DNA from: Macrostomum lignano
Lineage: Eukaryota
Length of the DNA: 64,000 bases
NCBI GenBank assembly: GCA_002269645.1
Contig: NIVC01001730.1
Coordinates: forward strand, 180,924-244,923
Direction of reading: 5' to 3'
Shown here one piece after another: positions 34,901 through 55,624 of this stretch (position 1 is its first letter; each line of letters starts with the position of its first letter). The notes under the pieces were generated by a model that saw nothing but the letters and a program-made list of their open reading frames with translations, did no database searches and was not told where the DNA came from. A program made the position numbers and the translations under genes.

Positions 34901-37610
34901 CCTCCCTCCGCAGACAAACCCACTGTACCCGCACCAGACACCCCGCCCTTCCTCCGCAGACAAACCCGCTGTACCCGCACCAGACACCCCGCTTTCCCTC
35001 CGCAGACAAACCCGCTGTACCCGCACCAGACACCCCGCCCTTCCTCCGCAGACAAACCCGCTGTACCCGCACCAGACACCCCGCCCTCCCTCCGCAGACA
35101 AACCCACTGTACCCGCACCAGACACCCCGCCCTTCCTCCGCAGACAAACCCGCTGTACCCTCACCAGACACCCCGCCCTTCCTCCGCAGACAACCCGCTG
35201 TACCCGCACCAGACACCCCGCCCTCCCTTCGCAGACAAACCCGCTGTACCCGCACAGGACACCCCGCCCTTCCTCCGCAGACAAACCCGCTGTACCCGCA
35301 CCAGACACCCCGCTTTCCCTCCGCAGACAAACCCGCTGTACCCGCACCAGACACCCCGCCCTTCCTCCGCAGACAAACCCGCTGTACCCGCACCAGACAC
35401 CCCGCCCTCCCTCCGCAGACAAACCCGCTGTACCCGCACCAGACACCCCGCCCTTCCTCCGCAGACAAACCCGCTGTACCCGCACCAGACACCCCGCCCT
35501 TCCTCCGCAGACAAACCCGCTGTACCCGCACCAGACACCCCGCCCTCCCTCCGCAGACAAACCCACTGTACCCGCACCAGACACCCCGCCCTTCCTCCGC
35601 AGACAAACCCGCTGTACCCTCACCAGACACCCCGCCCTCCCTCCGCAGACAACCCGCTGTACCCGCACCAGACACCCCGCCCTCCCTTCGCAGACAAACC
35701 CGCTGTACCCGCACAGGACACCCCGTCCTCCCTCCGCAGACAAACCCGCTGTACCCGCACCAGACACCCCGCTTTTCCTCCGCAGACAAACCCGCTGTAC
35801 TCGCACCAGACACCCCGCCCTTCCTCCGCAGACAAACCCACTGTACCCGCACCAGACACCCCGCCCTTCCTCCGCAGACAAACCCACTGTACCCGCACCA
35901 GACACCCCGCTTTCCCTCCGCAGACAAACCCGCTGTACCCGCACCAGACGAAGGTGGCCCGTCGCCGCCATCCAGTTCCGCTCGGAAAGCTGCACGCCTG
36001 GTCCGGCCGAGTTCTGCGGGCCCTGCTGCACCTGCACAGCTGCGGGCTGCGGCCTCACGGCTTTGTACACGCTGGCAACGTGTTGCTAAGCAACGAAGGC
36101 GTCCAGCTGGGCGGCTTGGAGAGTGTCCTGACGGGTCAGGTGCCGCCGCGATGGCCGGAGCTGCGCCGACTCCTGCCAGCAGGCGGCCGAAGGCGCCACC
36201 TCACGGATTCAGTTGGGCTCGGACACCTGCTGTTCGAGATGGCAACCGGCTTCGAGCTGACAGCGACAGCCCCAACAGCGGTGGAGTTTCAGGCGAGTGT
36301 CCGAGGTGTCCGACTGGATAGTGAGGTTTCCGGCTGGATAGTGAGGTGTCCGACTGGATAGTGAGGTGTCCGACTGGATAGTGAGGTGTCCGACTGGGTA
36401 GTCAGGTTTCCGGCTGGATAGTGAGGTGTCCGATTGGGTAGTGAGGTGTCCGATTGGGTAGTGAGGTGTCCGACTGGATAGTGAGGTGTCCGACTGGATA
36501 GTGAGGTGTCCGACTGGATAGTGAGGTGTCCGACTGGATAGTGAGGTGTCCGATTGGGTAGTGAGGTGTCCGACTGGATAGTGAGGTGTCCGACTGGATA
36601 GTGAGGTGTCCGACTGGATAGTGAGGTGTCCGACTGGATAGTGAGGTGTCCGACTGGATAGTGAGGTGTCCGACTGGATAGTGAGGTGTCCGACTGGATA
36701 GTGAGGTTTCCGGCTGGATAGTGAGGTTTCCGGCTGGATAGTGAGGTTTCCGGCTGGATAGTGAGGTTTCCGGCTGGATAGTGAGGTTTCCGGCTGGATA
36801 GTGAGGTTTCCGGCTGGATAGTGAGGTTTCCGGCTGGATAGTGAGGTTTCCGGCTGGATAGTGAGGTTTCCGGCTGAATAGTGAGGTTTCCGGCTGGATA
36901 GTAAGGTTTCCGGCTGGATAGAGGTGTCCAACTGAATAGAGGCTTAATCTCAGAATGAGGCACATTTTGCTGGTGCTCACAGAGTGCATTCGACCGCCTT
37001 TCAGATCCTCGCAGCCAAGGGCCGAAAATACCGGCCACTGTTGGATGTCTTGAACTTCATCTTCGAGCGCCTGCCGTTCGGCAGCGTACCGGAGCTCGGT
37101 GCCATCGCTGATCACGCCTTCTTCGCCGGCTGCATGGTCGAGTTCCCGGTGGCCGAGACGGCCGCTGCCTCCGATTCCACCGCCTCGACAGCGGTGGTCG
37201 CTTCCTTTCTCAAGCGGGTGCGCAAGCGCCTGCCAGCAGGGGTTCGCAGCGGCGGCGTCGCGACAGCGGCCGCGGAAAGTCCGCGGCAGCCTCGGGACGT
37301 CCGGGCGCAGCCTCAGCCTCCGACTGCGCGAGCACCACCGCGGGCGCCTGAGCCTCCTCCGCCTCCTCCGCAAGCGCCTCCGCCCCCGCCACCTCCAGCG
37401 CCTCCCCCGCCGCCTCCAGCGCCTCCCCCGCCGCCTCCAGCGCCTCCCCCGCCGCCTCCAGCGCCTCCCCCGCCGGGGCCGCCGCCGCCACCGTCGCGCG
37501 CACCGGAGCGATCGACAGGTCGCGGCGCACTTCTGTCCGACATTCGCCGCGGCGCCAAATTGAAGAAGGTCGCCAATCTGACCAACGATAGAAGCGCGCC
37601 TCGATTGTGA
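31961..37610 (+). CDS. Slob: Slowpoke-binding protein/PXK-like pseudokinase with N-terminal TM anchor, polyproline and C-terminal WH2; 6 exons, about 518 aa
   Basis: Phase-consistent exons: 31961-32005, 32363-32445, 33499-33844, 34523-34630, 35924-36292 (GC donor CAG|GCGAGT, inferred), 37005-37610 (1557 nt). Slob/PXK-like segments LGTRRSWNWF, IVPFCPKGSVRDFI, GRVLRALLHL..HGFVHAGNVLL, GLESVLTG, DSVGLGHLLFEMATGFEL, LDVLNFIF; WH2 RGALLSDIRRGAKLKKV. Family assignment is from recalled motifs, not a search. Confidence 0.82.
32610..33395. repeat. 27-bp C-rich minisatellite, Slob intron 2
   Basis: Unit CCACCCTCCCCACCCTCCCGTGTCTAC. Confidence 0.95.
33870..34480. repeat. 27/24-bp minisatellite, Slob intron 3
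   Basis: Unit GTGACTGCACCCTCCCTGAGGAATTGA. Confidence 0.96.
34645..35947. repeat. 46-bp minisatellite spanning the Slob intron 4/exon 5 junction
   Basis: Unit CCAGACACCCCGCCCTTCCTCCGCAGACAAACCCGCTGTACCCGCA, about 28 copies. Confidence 0.96.
36296..36925. repeat. 20-bp minisatellite, Slob intron 5
   Basis: GTGAGGTGTCCGACTGGATA grading to GTGAGGTTTCCGGCTGGATA, about 31 copies. Confidence 0.96.
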
Positions 37611-38927
37611 AGCGACCGCACCTGGCTGCCTTCGGGCGCCGGTAAAACCAGCCGACTTCCGTGTTTTTATACTGGTTGTAAAAGTGCAATATTTTAATAG
37701 ATTCTTTCCTTATTTTCAGTGCAATAAGATTTCATTTTTGAGTTCCGATTTTGAGCCCTAATTTGATTTTGAAGGAATTTTTTTCTAGACATTTCTACTT
37801 AAAAATAAAGTTGACTTGCGATATTCGCGCCTTTTTCCGCCATTTACGAGCTTTCGACAAAGACTGACCTACTATCAGTAGCTCGAGTGCAATTGTGCAC
37901 TAAAAATAAAAAAGCAAATATGGTCAGAAATCTGATTTTAATGACGTCCGAATCTGCGCGATAAATGAAAGCCGCAAGAACAGTTGCGCCTGTCCTGCGC
38001 ATTCCTTAGGCGATTGTAGCATGTATTTTTATTATTTAAAAGTTCTACTTGTTTAGAAGGGGGGTACATCATGTCTAAACAGACACAGTGCTGGTTTGAA
38101 AGAAAAAGCTTTCTGCCTTTTACAGCCGCTGCAGTATATCAAAGCAAAAGACAGAACAGACGCAGAAACACACAGGCAGGGTGACACAAAACAGATTGAC
38201 GCGCTTTCACCGCTAAAGGATATTTTTAATCAATTAGTTAACTTTTGGTAAGTACACTAAATATAAGAACAATAGCACTGATTGATGTAAAAAAATGAGA
38301 AACAATAAAACAAGAAACGATACGCCACACGTAAAGCATGCTCGCAAGAGCTTACTGAGTAACAATTTAGTTGCAGTAGTAGTATGCTGCGCTTATGACA
38401 GTCGCAAATTAAGAAAGCAGGTTGGAAAAAAGACGCACGCGTACACATAGGTTGTACAGGAAATTTACAGAAAAAGAGCTGACAAATAATAACACATTAG
38501 AATTGATTGAGGACAAGCTCACAGTTGTGTACCGAATATGACAGTCGTGTTTCATAATATAATAATAATAAGAAGAACGCGTGCAGGTGTAAAAAAACTA
38601 ATGAAAAAGGTATTGCATAGTTCGTATAACGGGTGTCCCAAAAAGGCTTAACAATTTATTTGACTCCTGTTGGACTCTCTTGCACCCCGAGCTCTACTAG
38701 CTAAGCGGCATACCGACAGAAAACCTGTGTAAATCTGTACACAAGACGCTACAAGATCTATGCACATCTTAGCCTCCGCTTATTTTAATAGTACATCACC
38801 CATGATTTATAACCTCTATAAATATTACATCTATTTGATAAGAAACATCGTTAAATTTACGTTTTCTCGATCGCTTTACCTCGAGAAACAATTATAGTTA
38901 GATGCAGCCTCCTGTCCTCAGTGCTCT

Positions 38928-39274
38928 CCACAGATACTAGAATAGCTGGATGGGCCACTCAGCACATTTGCGTGTAAGCTACTGTCAGTTCAGTAGTAAG
39001 TTAAACAGAAGCATTTTGATGTATTTTTAAGGCCAAGGCTCAATTTATTGGCTCTTACCCCCCAGCTTAAACCCTCCAACCGCGCCTTTCCACACCACCC
39101 CACGCCCCGCCCCAATTTTTATTGCCTTTCTCGGAATTCCAGCCTAAAGCTGCCATGTACATTTCAGTGGACTGGCCAATGTACATTACTGCTGAACCAA
39201 TTAGCAAGCTGTTTTACGCCTGCAAGCTTGGGCTTCTGAACTTATCAAAGTCATTTCAGCTGCCTTTATTTTAT
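38928..39274 (+). repeat. Dispersed ~350-bp repeat, copy 1 (SINE/MITE-like)
   Basis: High similarity to the reverse complement of 61329-61682. Confidence 0.85.
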
Positions 39275-39914
39275 AAAATAGCTTTTTATTAGGTTAAAAA
39301 GCTATAGAATAATTAGGTTATTCTAGCTAGAATCTCTAGTGCTCTCTAATTGAATGCCGCTTTTTTTTCGCCAGAAAAAATTAGACTTACAAGTTCTCAG
39401 TCGGTAGTTAGCTGACTCCGAGCCCCGAGGGTGCCAAACCGAATAACAAGATAATTGAAAACGATCGAATTCCTTTCTCCAAGAAACGCCATTAGACAAG
39501 GCGAAATGAAAATCAATTGTTAGAACAGAGTCCAAAGCGATTTGAGAAAGAAAATTTTGCTGGGTAGAAAAAGCAACAATCAGAGAACAAAGAGAAAAGA
39601 ATTTTCGCTCCAAAAATTTTTTTGGCAATTTTTGTCTTTTTTCACAGTCTCCAACTGCCACGAAATAAAAACAAAAAATCTTCGCAACGACGCAGGGCTG
39701 AGCGACTGCGCTATCATCCCTGTAAGTAGTGCTTACTGCTTACTGGCAGTAGCATATATGGCACGCGATTCTAGATAAAATATTTATACATAAAATTGAT
39801 GCATACATATGATATGATTTCATAAGCAGTGCGTTCAGCCTGCGACTGAAAATGGCAAACAATTTTACTTTGCTACCTAGGAACTTTATCGACAGATTTA
39901 GGGACTGATCTCAG

Positions 39915-40750
39915 TAGGTCCAAAATCTCCCCCTAGTAGTTCTAAAATCTAACCCCTAGTAGCTCCAAAATCTCCCCCTAGTAGCTCTAAAATCTCACCC
40001 CTAGTAGCTCTAAAATCTCACACCTTTTAGCTCCAAAATCTCAACCCCAGTAGCTCAAAAATCTCCCCCCTAGTAGCTCCAAAATCTCCCCCTAGTAGCT
40101 CTAAAATCTCACCCCTAGTAGCTCTAAAATCTCACACCTAGTAGCTCCAAAATCTCACCCCTAGTAGCTCTAAAATCTCACCCCTAGTAGCTCCAAAATC
40201 TCAACCCCAGTAGCTCAAAAATCTCACCCCTAGTAGCTCCAAAATCTCCATCCCTAGTAGCTCCAAAATCTCAACCCCAGTAGCTCAAAAATCTCACCCC
40301 TAGTAGCTCCAAAATCTCCCCCTAGTAGCTCTAAAATCTCACCCCTAGTAGCTCTAAAATCTCACCCCTAGTAGCTCTAAAATCTCCCCCTAGTAGCTCT
40401 AAAATCTCACCCCTAGTAGCTCTAAAATCTCACACCTAGTAGCTCCAAAATCTCACCCCTAGTAGCTCCAAAATCTCACCCTAGTAGCTCTACAATCTCA
40501 CCCCTAGTAGCTCCAAAATCTCACCCCTAGTAGCTCCAAAATCTCACCCCTAGTAGCTCCAAAGTCTCACCCCTAGTAGCTCCAAAATCTCCATCCCTAA
40601 TAGCTCCAAAATCTCACCCCTAGTAGCTCCAAAATCACACCCCTAGTAGCTCCAAAATCTCACCCCTAGTAGCTCCAAAATCTCACCCCTAGTAGCTCCA
40701 AAATCTCACCCCTAGTAGCTCCAAAATCTCACCCCTAGTAGCTCCAAAAT
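39915..40750. repeat. 23-bp minisatellite, downstream of HIPK
   Basis: Unit CCCCTAGTAGCTCCAAAATCTCA, about 36 copies. Confidence 0.96.
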
Positions 40751-41209
40751 ACACAAAGCTGTTTAAAGCCAATCAGCACGCAGGACAGGACATGAGCAGG
40801 CAAGTGTAATAGAAAGCGCTAAAGATGCAAAAAGAAGTCTGTTATTTTCCTGTGCATTTCGATTATACAAATGACCAAAAATATGGCTATGCAATGCTCC
40901 TCTACGCATTTAGTTAGACCGCAATTATAATCATGAGCGCTAGTGAGGGTAAGTGAAGCGCAGAGTTACAAAAAACTTTCAAGCCGGATAAACGGGTTTT
41001 TAACATACATGCGATTATATATTGTTGCTACAGTTCGTGTGCGGAAATAAATATTTCATAAATACACGCACACACACGAGACAGCCTATACTACTCAAAT
41101 AGTAGTATTAATAAAAGCGTAATTTTTTCCAATCGTTCTTTTTTCTATTTTTTGTCAAAAACAAAGATAAAAAACTCAGAGCGACAACAAAGATCAGACA
41201 GCAGCTTCA

Positions 41210-50506
<9,297 letters not shown>

Positions 50507-51660
50507 TTAGCCCCTCGAGATTGATGCTTTAATGTTGCCTTATTCTGTTTAGATTGTAGGCGTTACCGTTCCTCTCCCCCCTGACTGTTAACTTTGCTTG
50601 ATGATTAGTCTGCTGCCTATTTACCTCACTGCTACTGCTGGCTACCTGTTCCGCGCCTGATCTCCCTGCATTAACTGCCGCTGATTCTCCTTTAGGCGAT
50701 CCGTTTTTTTATGGTCTGTTGTTTAATTAGGAGAAGAAAAACAGCATGAACGGGAGAGAAGTTATTAAAGATAATAAGTATTTAGTTAGCTATAATATAA
50801 AATTTAATTTAGTTCATTAGTTCCATACATGTGCAACCGCCCTTGATTTATACCACCATGCGACTTTTTGACCAAAAAATGCGACTTAGTTATGAAAGAA
50901 ACCTAAGCAAAATTAACGTAATTTTATATAAACGGCAGGAGTAAATATGACTGTATTATTAAGGCTAAATTCCTCGTCATCTACTTAGTACTTGGGTGGG
51001 CATTTTGCAACTTACCTTGGGTGGGCCCCTTGCCAGTCAGCTGGATCAGCTGGGTGTTGCACATGTATGATTAGTTTGCAGGTAGACCAAAAAACAAATA
51101 AAGGAATAATCCTATATTTTAGTCTGGGATACTTCTGGACACATTGAAATATTTTTAAGTTGTAACATTGCATAGTAAATGACAAATAAGTAGAGCTTTT
51201 TTAGACAATTTTTCACAAAATTAATTCATGAGTTGGGTCTGAGCATGCTAAATGGCTTGCTTTGTTATGTCTAAAGCTTAATGTAGAAAAAATAAAAGTG
51301 CAAAAACTATAATTATATAAGAATAAAAAAAATAAACATATATATGATATATCTAGCAAGCACAAATTGTGGCAGACCAAGGGCAAGTTGTAAAATTGAC
51401 CATTTTTGACAACTTTTAGATTTTTTTAAGTGAATTATAAAACTAAGTTTTATTTATAATCAAACAAAGCTACATGGCCAATGTAATTTTATAGGCTACA
51501 TATACATATATACCTATTAAATCATGATATAGGTACAATAAATACCATTTTAGTATATTTGGATATCCTTCAAAGCATCCTAATTAATACTCTATTACAA
51601 AAGAGCAATGTACTTGCAAATTGCAACTAGCTGTGATTCTAACCTATGACTATATATATA

Positions 51661-54056
51661 ATATGGTGTTCCAAAAGTAATTAGCCCCCTGTAGTAACTT
51701 CTAAACTGTGGTATATAAATGAATGAAAAAATATACACATGCACATGTATATGGGCCAAGCAGCTACGTAAAGTTTGGGCTTTCAGTCAAATACTTAAAA
51801 GAGTTTATCAGGCAGAATGTTAAGCCTAGCTTCTGCAGTGCAATGGGTACTTCAACCTAGTTATCTATGGTCACAAACTCTAACCAGAGCCGTGGTTTAA
51901 AAGCATTTTTACTGGTGCCTAAAGTTAGTAGTTGTCTTTCTGTTTCTGAGTTGCCTGCTATACTTTTCTATAGATGAAATGATTGTGAAATACTGAAATG
52001 AGTCACAATAAGGAGAAGGCCTGGTTTTTTGCTTACACAGGACAGCAAGAATGCTGTTGAAATTTACTGTGTGCTAAGTCAGATTTGGAATGATCAGGCG
52101 CCATGCTATGCCACTGTCAAAAACTGGCTGGCTGACTTTAAATCTGTAAGACAGACATCATTTGAAGACCTGCCTGATGTGGCTGGCCTGCTTTTGCAAG
52201 TGGGGACAACAGGTCGCAGGAAATTTTGATGTTGTATCCCTGCAGCACCCGGCCCAGCAGTAGGGTGGTCCTACAGGGTACAGTACAATCAGGTCCTTGC
52301 TAAGCCTGCACGCAGGCACTAGGGCGAGCACTTCCCCTGACAGTCTGGGGCATCAGGACGCACCCACGCAGTCTTCCCACACGTTGGGACGCAGTGGTGC
52401 AGGCCGCCTTTAGTGAGGCATTGGGACGCACTGGCTGGCGTAGAGGCATAGAGGCATATGGTAGGTATCCTTCTGACATATCAACCCCAACTAGCTGAGT
52501 TGGCATCTGGACACACAGACTCTCTGCCCCCCTAGGCAACCGAAAGAAAGAAGACAGGACGTGCACTTACTTAGCTGGCGGCTGTTGTTCAGGGCTTAGG
52601 TAGATGGCCTTTTTCAGTATATTTCTTTATCAAGGGGTCCAATCGTAACTTGGGCTATATATAGCTCTGACGAAAAGCCGAGTTCACAGAGAGAGGACAG
52701 TCAAGACGCGCACCACTCCAACCTGCCGCGAGCAATGTTAAATAGCACACGCCCACAGAGGGGGAGGGCCACGCGCTCTTAACTCCACCACCCCACCAAC
52801 CCCCCAGGGGATCGCAGCACCATGCCTGCCACTGGCCCAGCCAATCACTATGTGACTGGCTGGCTGCAACCAATCGCCACGCAGGGTGAGCAAACAAATG
52901 CCAAAACTCATACCAACTTAAGCCTCTGGCTATGGCAACGCAGAGGGGGGGAATAACAAAAAGTACTGTAAACAACTAGTTGAGGGGTGACTCAGCCGGC
53001 TGGGAGGCAGGTACACAGGCACTGTAAAAGTGCACAACACAACACTTGTTAGCGATGATCCACACATCATTGTGCAAGAGATTTCTGCAAAGACCGAGAT
53101 ACCCACTACAAATCTATAGAATCCATTGTCCTGAAATTCCACAATGTTGCTTCTTTCTGGGTACCAATGATCCTGACAGCACAGCAGATAGAGCAGAGGA
53201 CACTGCATATGGCCATTATCAGGGACAGGCTTGTGAGTGTAGGTGAGTAACAATACAACATCTACACTGTTGAGGACAAGATGTGGGTTTGATACAACAT
53301 AGAGTTTACATAGAGGGATGCTCAGGCTTGGATACCAGTTGGTATAGCCCAACCACAGGTTCTTGCCAGCAAGCTGACACCTCAGAAATGCATGTTGGTC
53401 ATTGCTTTCACTTGCAATAAACATTTTAGCATTCAAGCACTGCCATATGGAAGCAGCCTTAATAGTGACCTATACACCCAGTTTGTTCAGAGTACAGGCA
53501 ACAAGTGGTGTTCTCTGAGAAATCACTCCATACATCTTAAGGAGTTGATGTGGCAGCACAACACTCAACCACATGTTAAACAGTCTGTGCAAGACTTCTT
53601 TGCAAAGCAACAAGTAAAGACCTTTCATCAGCCACTTTACTCCCCTGATTTGAATTTGTGCAACTGCTGGCTGAACAACCATGTCAAGAACAGCCTATGC
53701 CAGGTGCATTTTCAAGACCTAGCAATGGTTAAAGAAGCGGCTCTACAATGTCTGAGATGGACAGAAGAATCCATGTTTTGAAAGGAACAGGACAAGCTTA
53801 TCACCCACTTGGGCCAAGTTATTGTATATGGCGGAGGCTACATTACTCCTGCTCAAGTTTTGTGTTGCATGTAAGACAGAGTTTCTCCTATTTTTGTATC
53901 CAAATACCCATTGGTAAAAGATTAATTGTTGAAAATTGGAATGTGTGTCTGGTTGTTGTTTCATTGCTTCATGGGTAAATTTGACATTTTGACTTTTCTA
54001 ATTGCTTTAGAAGGATATTTCCTTATAGGGGCTAATTATTTTTAGAGTATTGGATT
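51661..54056 (+). mobile_element. Degenerate mariner transposon, transposase pseudogene interrupted by an ~800-bp insertion
   Basis: HTH KNAVEIYCVLSQIWNDQAPCYATVKNWLADFK..SFED; then VSDDPHIIVQEIS, FWVPMILT, DKMWV, QHN.QPH, YSPDLNLCNCWL (mariner WVP and YSPDL motifs) with stops and frameshifts. Decayed TIRs share AAAA.TAATTAGCCCC. Confidence 0.8.
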
Positions 54057-54529
54057 ATATGCAAATGGCATTCTTTAAGTCTAAACTAGCCTATACAAGG
54101 AAGCCCAAGACTAAGACTTAACAAAAATTTAACATACCTAGCAAAAATAAAAAACAAAAATATATAAAACAAATAATAATTCACTAAGATTTACAAATTA
54201 TAGTTTATAAAAAACTATAACTTAGAAAAAGCAGTTCTTTAAAGTCTTTATATCTAAATTTAAATTTTTATCTTTAATATATAAATTTTATTTCTTTTAA
54301 AGCTATATATGCATTTTATATTTTTACAATATGAAATTTATTGGTTAAAATATTATGCTACATAAAACTGCTTTGAGTTTAGGCACATGGCACCAACCAT
54401 AAACAAAAGATTTTAGTATTTTTTCTAGTGTAGGTTAGGCCTTTACCATGGGGGTGTACAATCATTTTGTCAATTGCTTTTTGTCTGCTAGTAGACAAAA
54501 TACATTTTTTCAAAAAAAGAAATTAAATT

Positions 54530-55624
54530 TATTTGCGATTAACCTTGGATAATCGTGACCTTGGATTCCAGGGAGACCCGGCCAGTGTGCTTTGTGCTCA
54601 CGAAGCAGTTCTTTGTGCAGCCAGCAAAAGCAGCCCAGCAGATGACAGCGTCGAGACTGTCATAGCTGATGCTCCGAGCTACTCAGCCATTTTTTCTGCT
54701 GCTGATCATAGTGCCTTCAACCTTGAAGCCTTTGACGATTGGTCCGGTCCTGTGGGGCACAGCTGACCCAAGTTGAGGTGCCAGTCGCAAGTTTCTGCAG
54801 CTGATGAGCTGCATCGCTACACTAGTGAAGCGCCTCTGTCCAGGCCTCGAGACGCAAAAATGCAGATGGCCAACACACTGCGCTGGTGGTCGGTGAACCA
54901 CTTTAAGTATCCGCTACTAGCCAAAGTAGCTTGGAGGTTCCTTGCCGTGCCGCCATCCAGCGCCGATTCAGAGTGGCTCTTCAGTGCAGAAAGTCTCATC
55001 GTTACAGAAAAGAGAAATCGACTTTCACCGGAGACGGCGCAAATGCTATTATTTATCGACGGAAATTTAAATATTGAAATTTAGCAATTAAGTGTCTTTC
55101 ACTTTCAAGTTCAGACTGTCGACCAAAAAACTCTTTTATGCATGAATTATAACTACAGTGCAATAGCTACAATTATAACCGCGTGTACATACGACAATGC
55201 TGCAGTTACATGCACATGTACAGTTACATTACATGTACAATTCCTTCTTATTTTTACATGTAAACTTTCTTATTTATGTACTAACAATAGGTTTCCACCA
55301 AATGTTTAATAATACACTCATCGATTCAATGCCATAATGTTGTTTCGTATATCTTAATTGTTAAATATGTTAAACAATTCCTTGACGAATTAAGATTACG
55401 AATACTCTAATTTGCCTTTTACTTGTATGTAGTCTTTAAGATCCTTGAAATTCTTTTCTGGAAAATTCAACATTCAAATTTAAGTACGTGTTCAGCCACA
55501 TAACAAATTTAATCGGAAGGTTAAGTTAATTTAATTTATTATACTAAAAACTATATAAGTTCAATAATACTTAAAACATTTCGATTTCGATTTTGATTGA
55601 AATTCTGCTTTCGGTCCATCTCTA
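54530..55624 (+). mobile_element. hAT transposon 3' remnant (C-terminal dimerisation domain plus right end)
   Basis: 54773-55084 encodes DELHRYTSE..LRWW..KYPLLAKVAWRFLAVPPSSADSEWLFS..IVTEKRNRLSPE..LLF, the hAT dimerisation signature. A hAT-type terminus CATCTCTA lies at 55617-55624. Confidence 0.8.

Noticed and set aside
32663-36361. 1232-aa ORF with LRR-like LPEELS and Pro-rich repeats as one protein
   Set aside because: It is three genuine exons joined by repeat-filled introns with good splice sites. Splicing restores a compact Slob/PXK fold.
33760-36931. Long antisense ORFs over the Slob arrays
   Set aside because: Reverse-strand readings of stop-poor repeats with no domain signal.
38622-38650. 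Mariner-like TIR start (ACGGGTGTCCCAAAAAG)
   Set aside because: No partner end or transposase sequence found, so too short to call.
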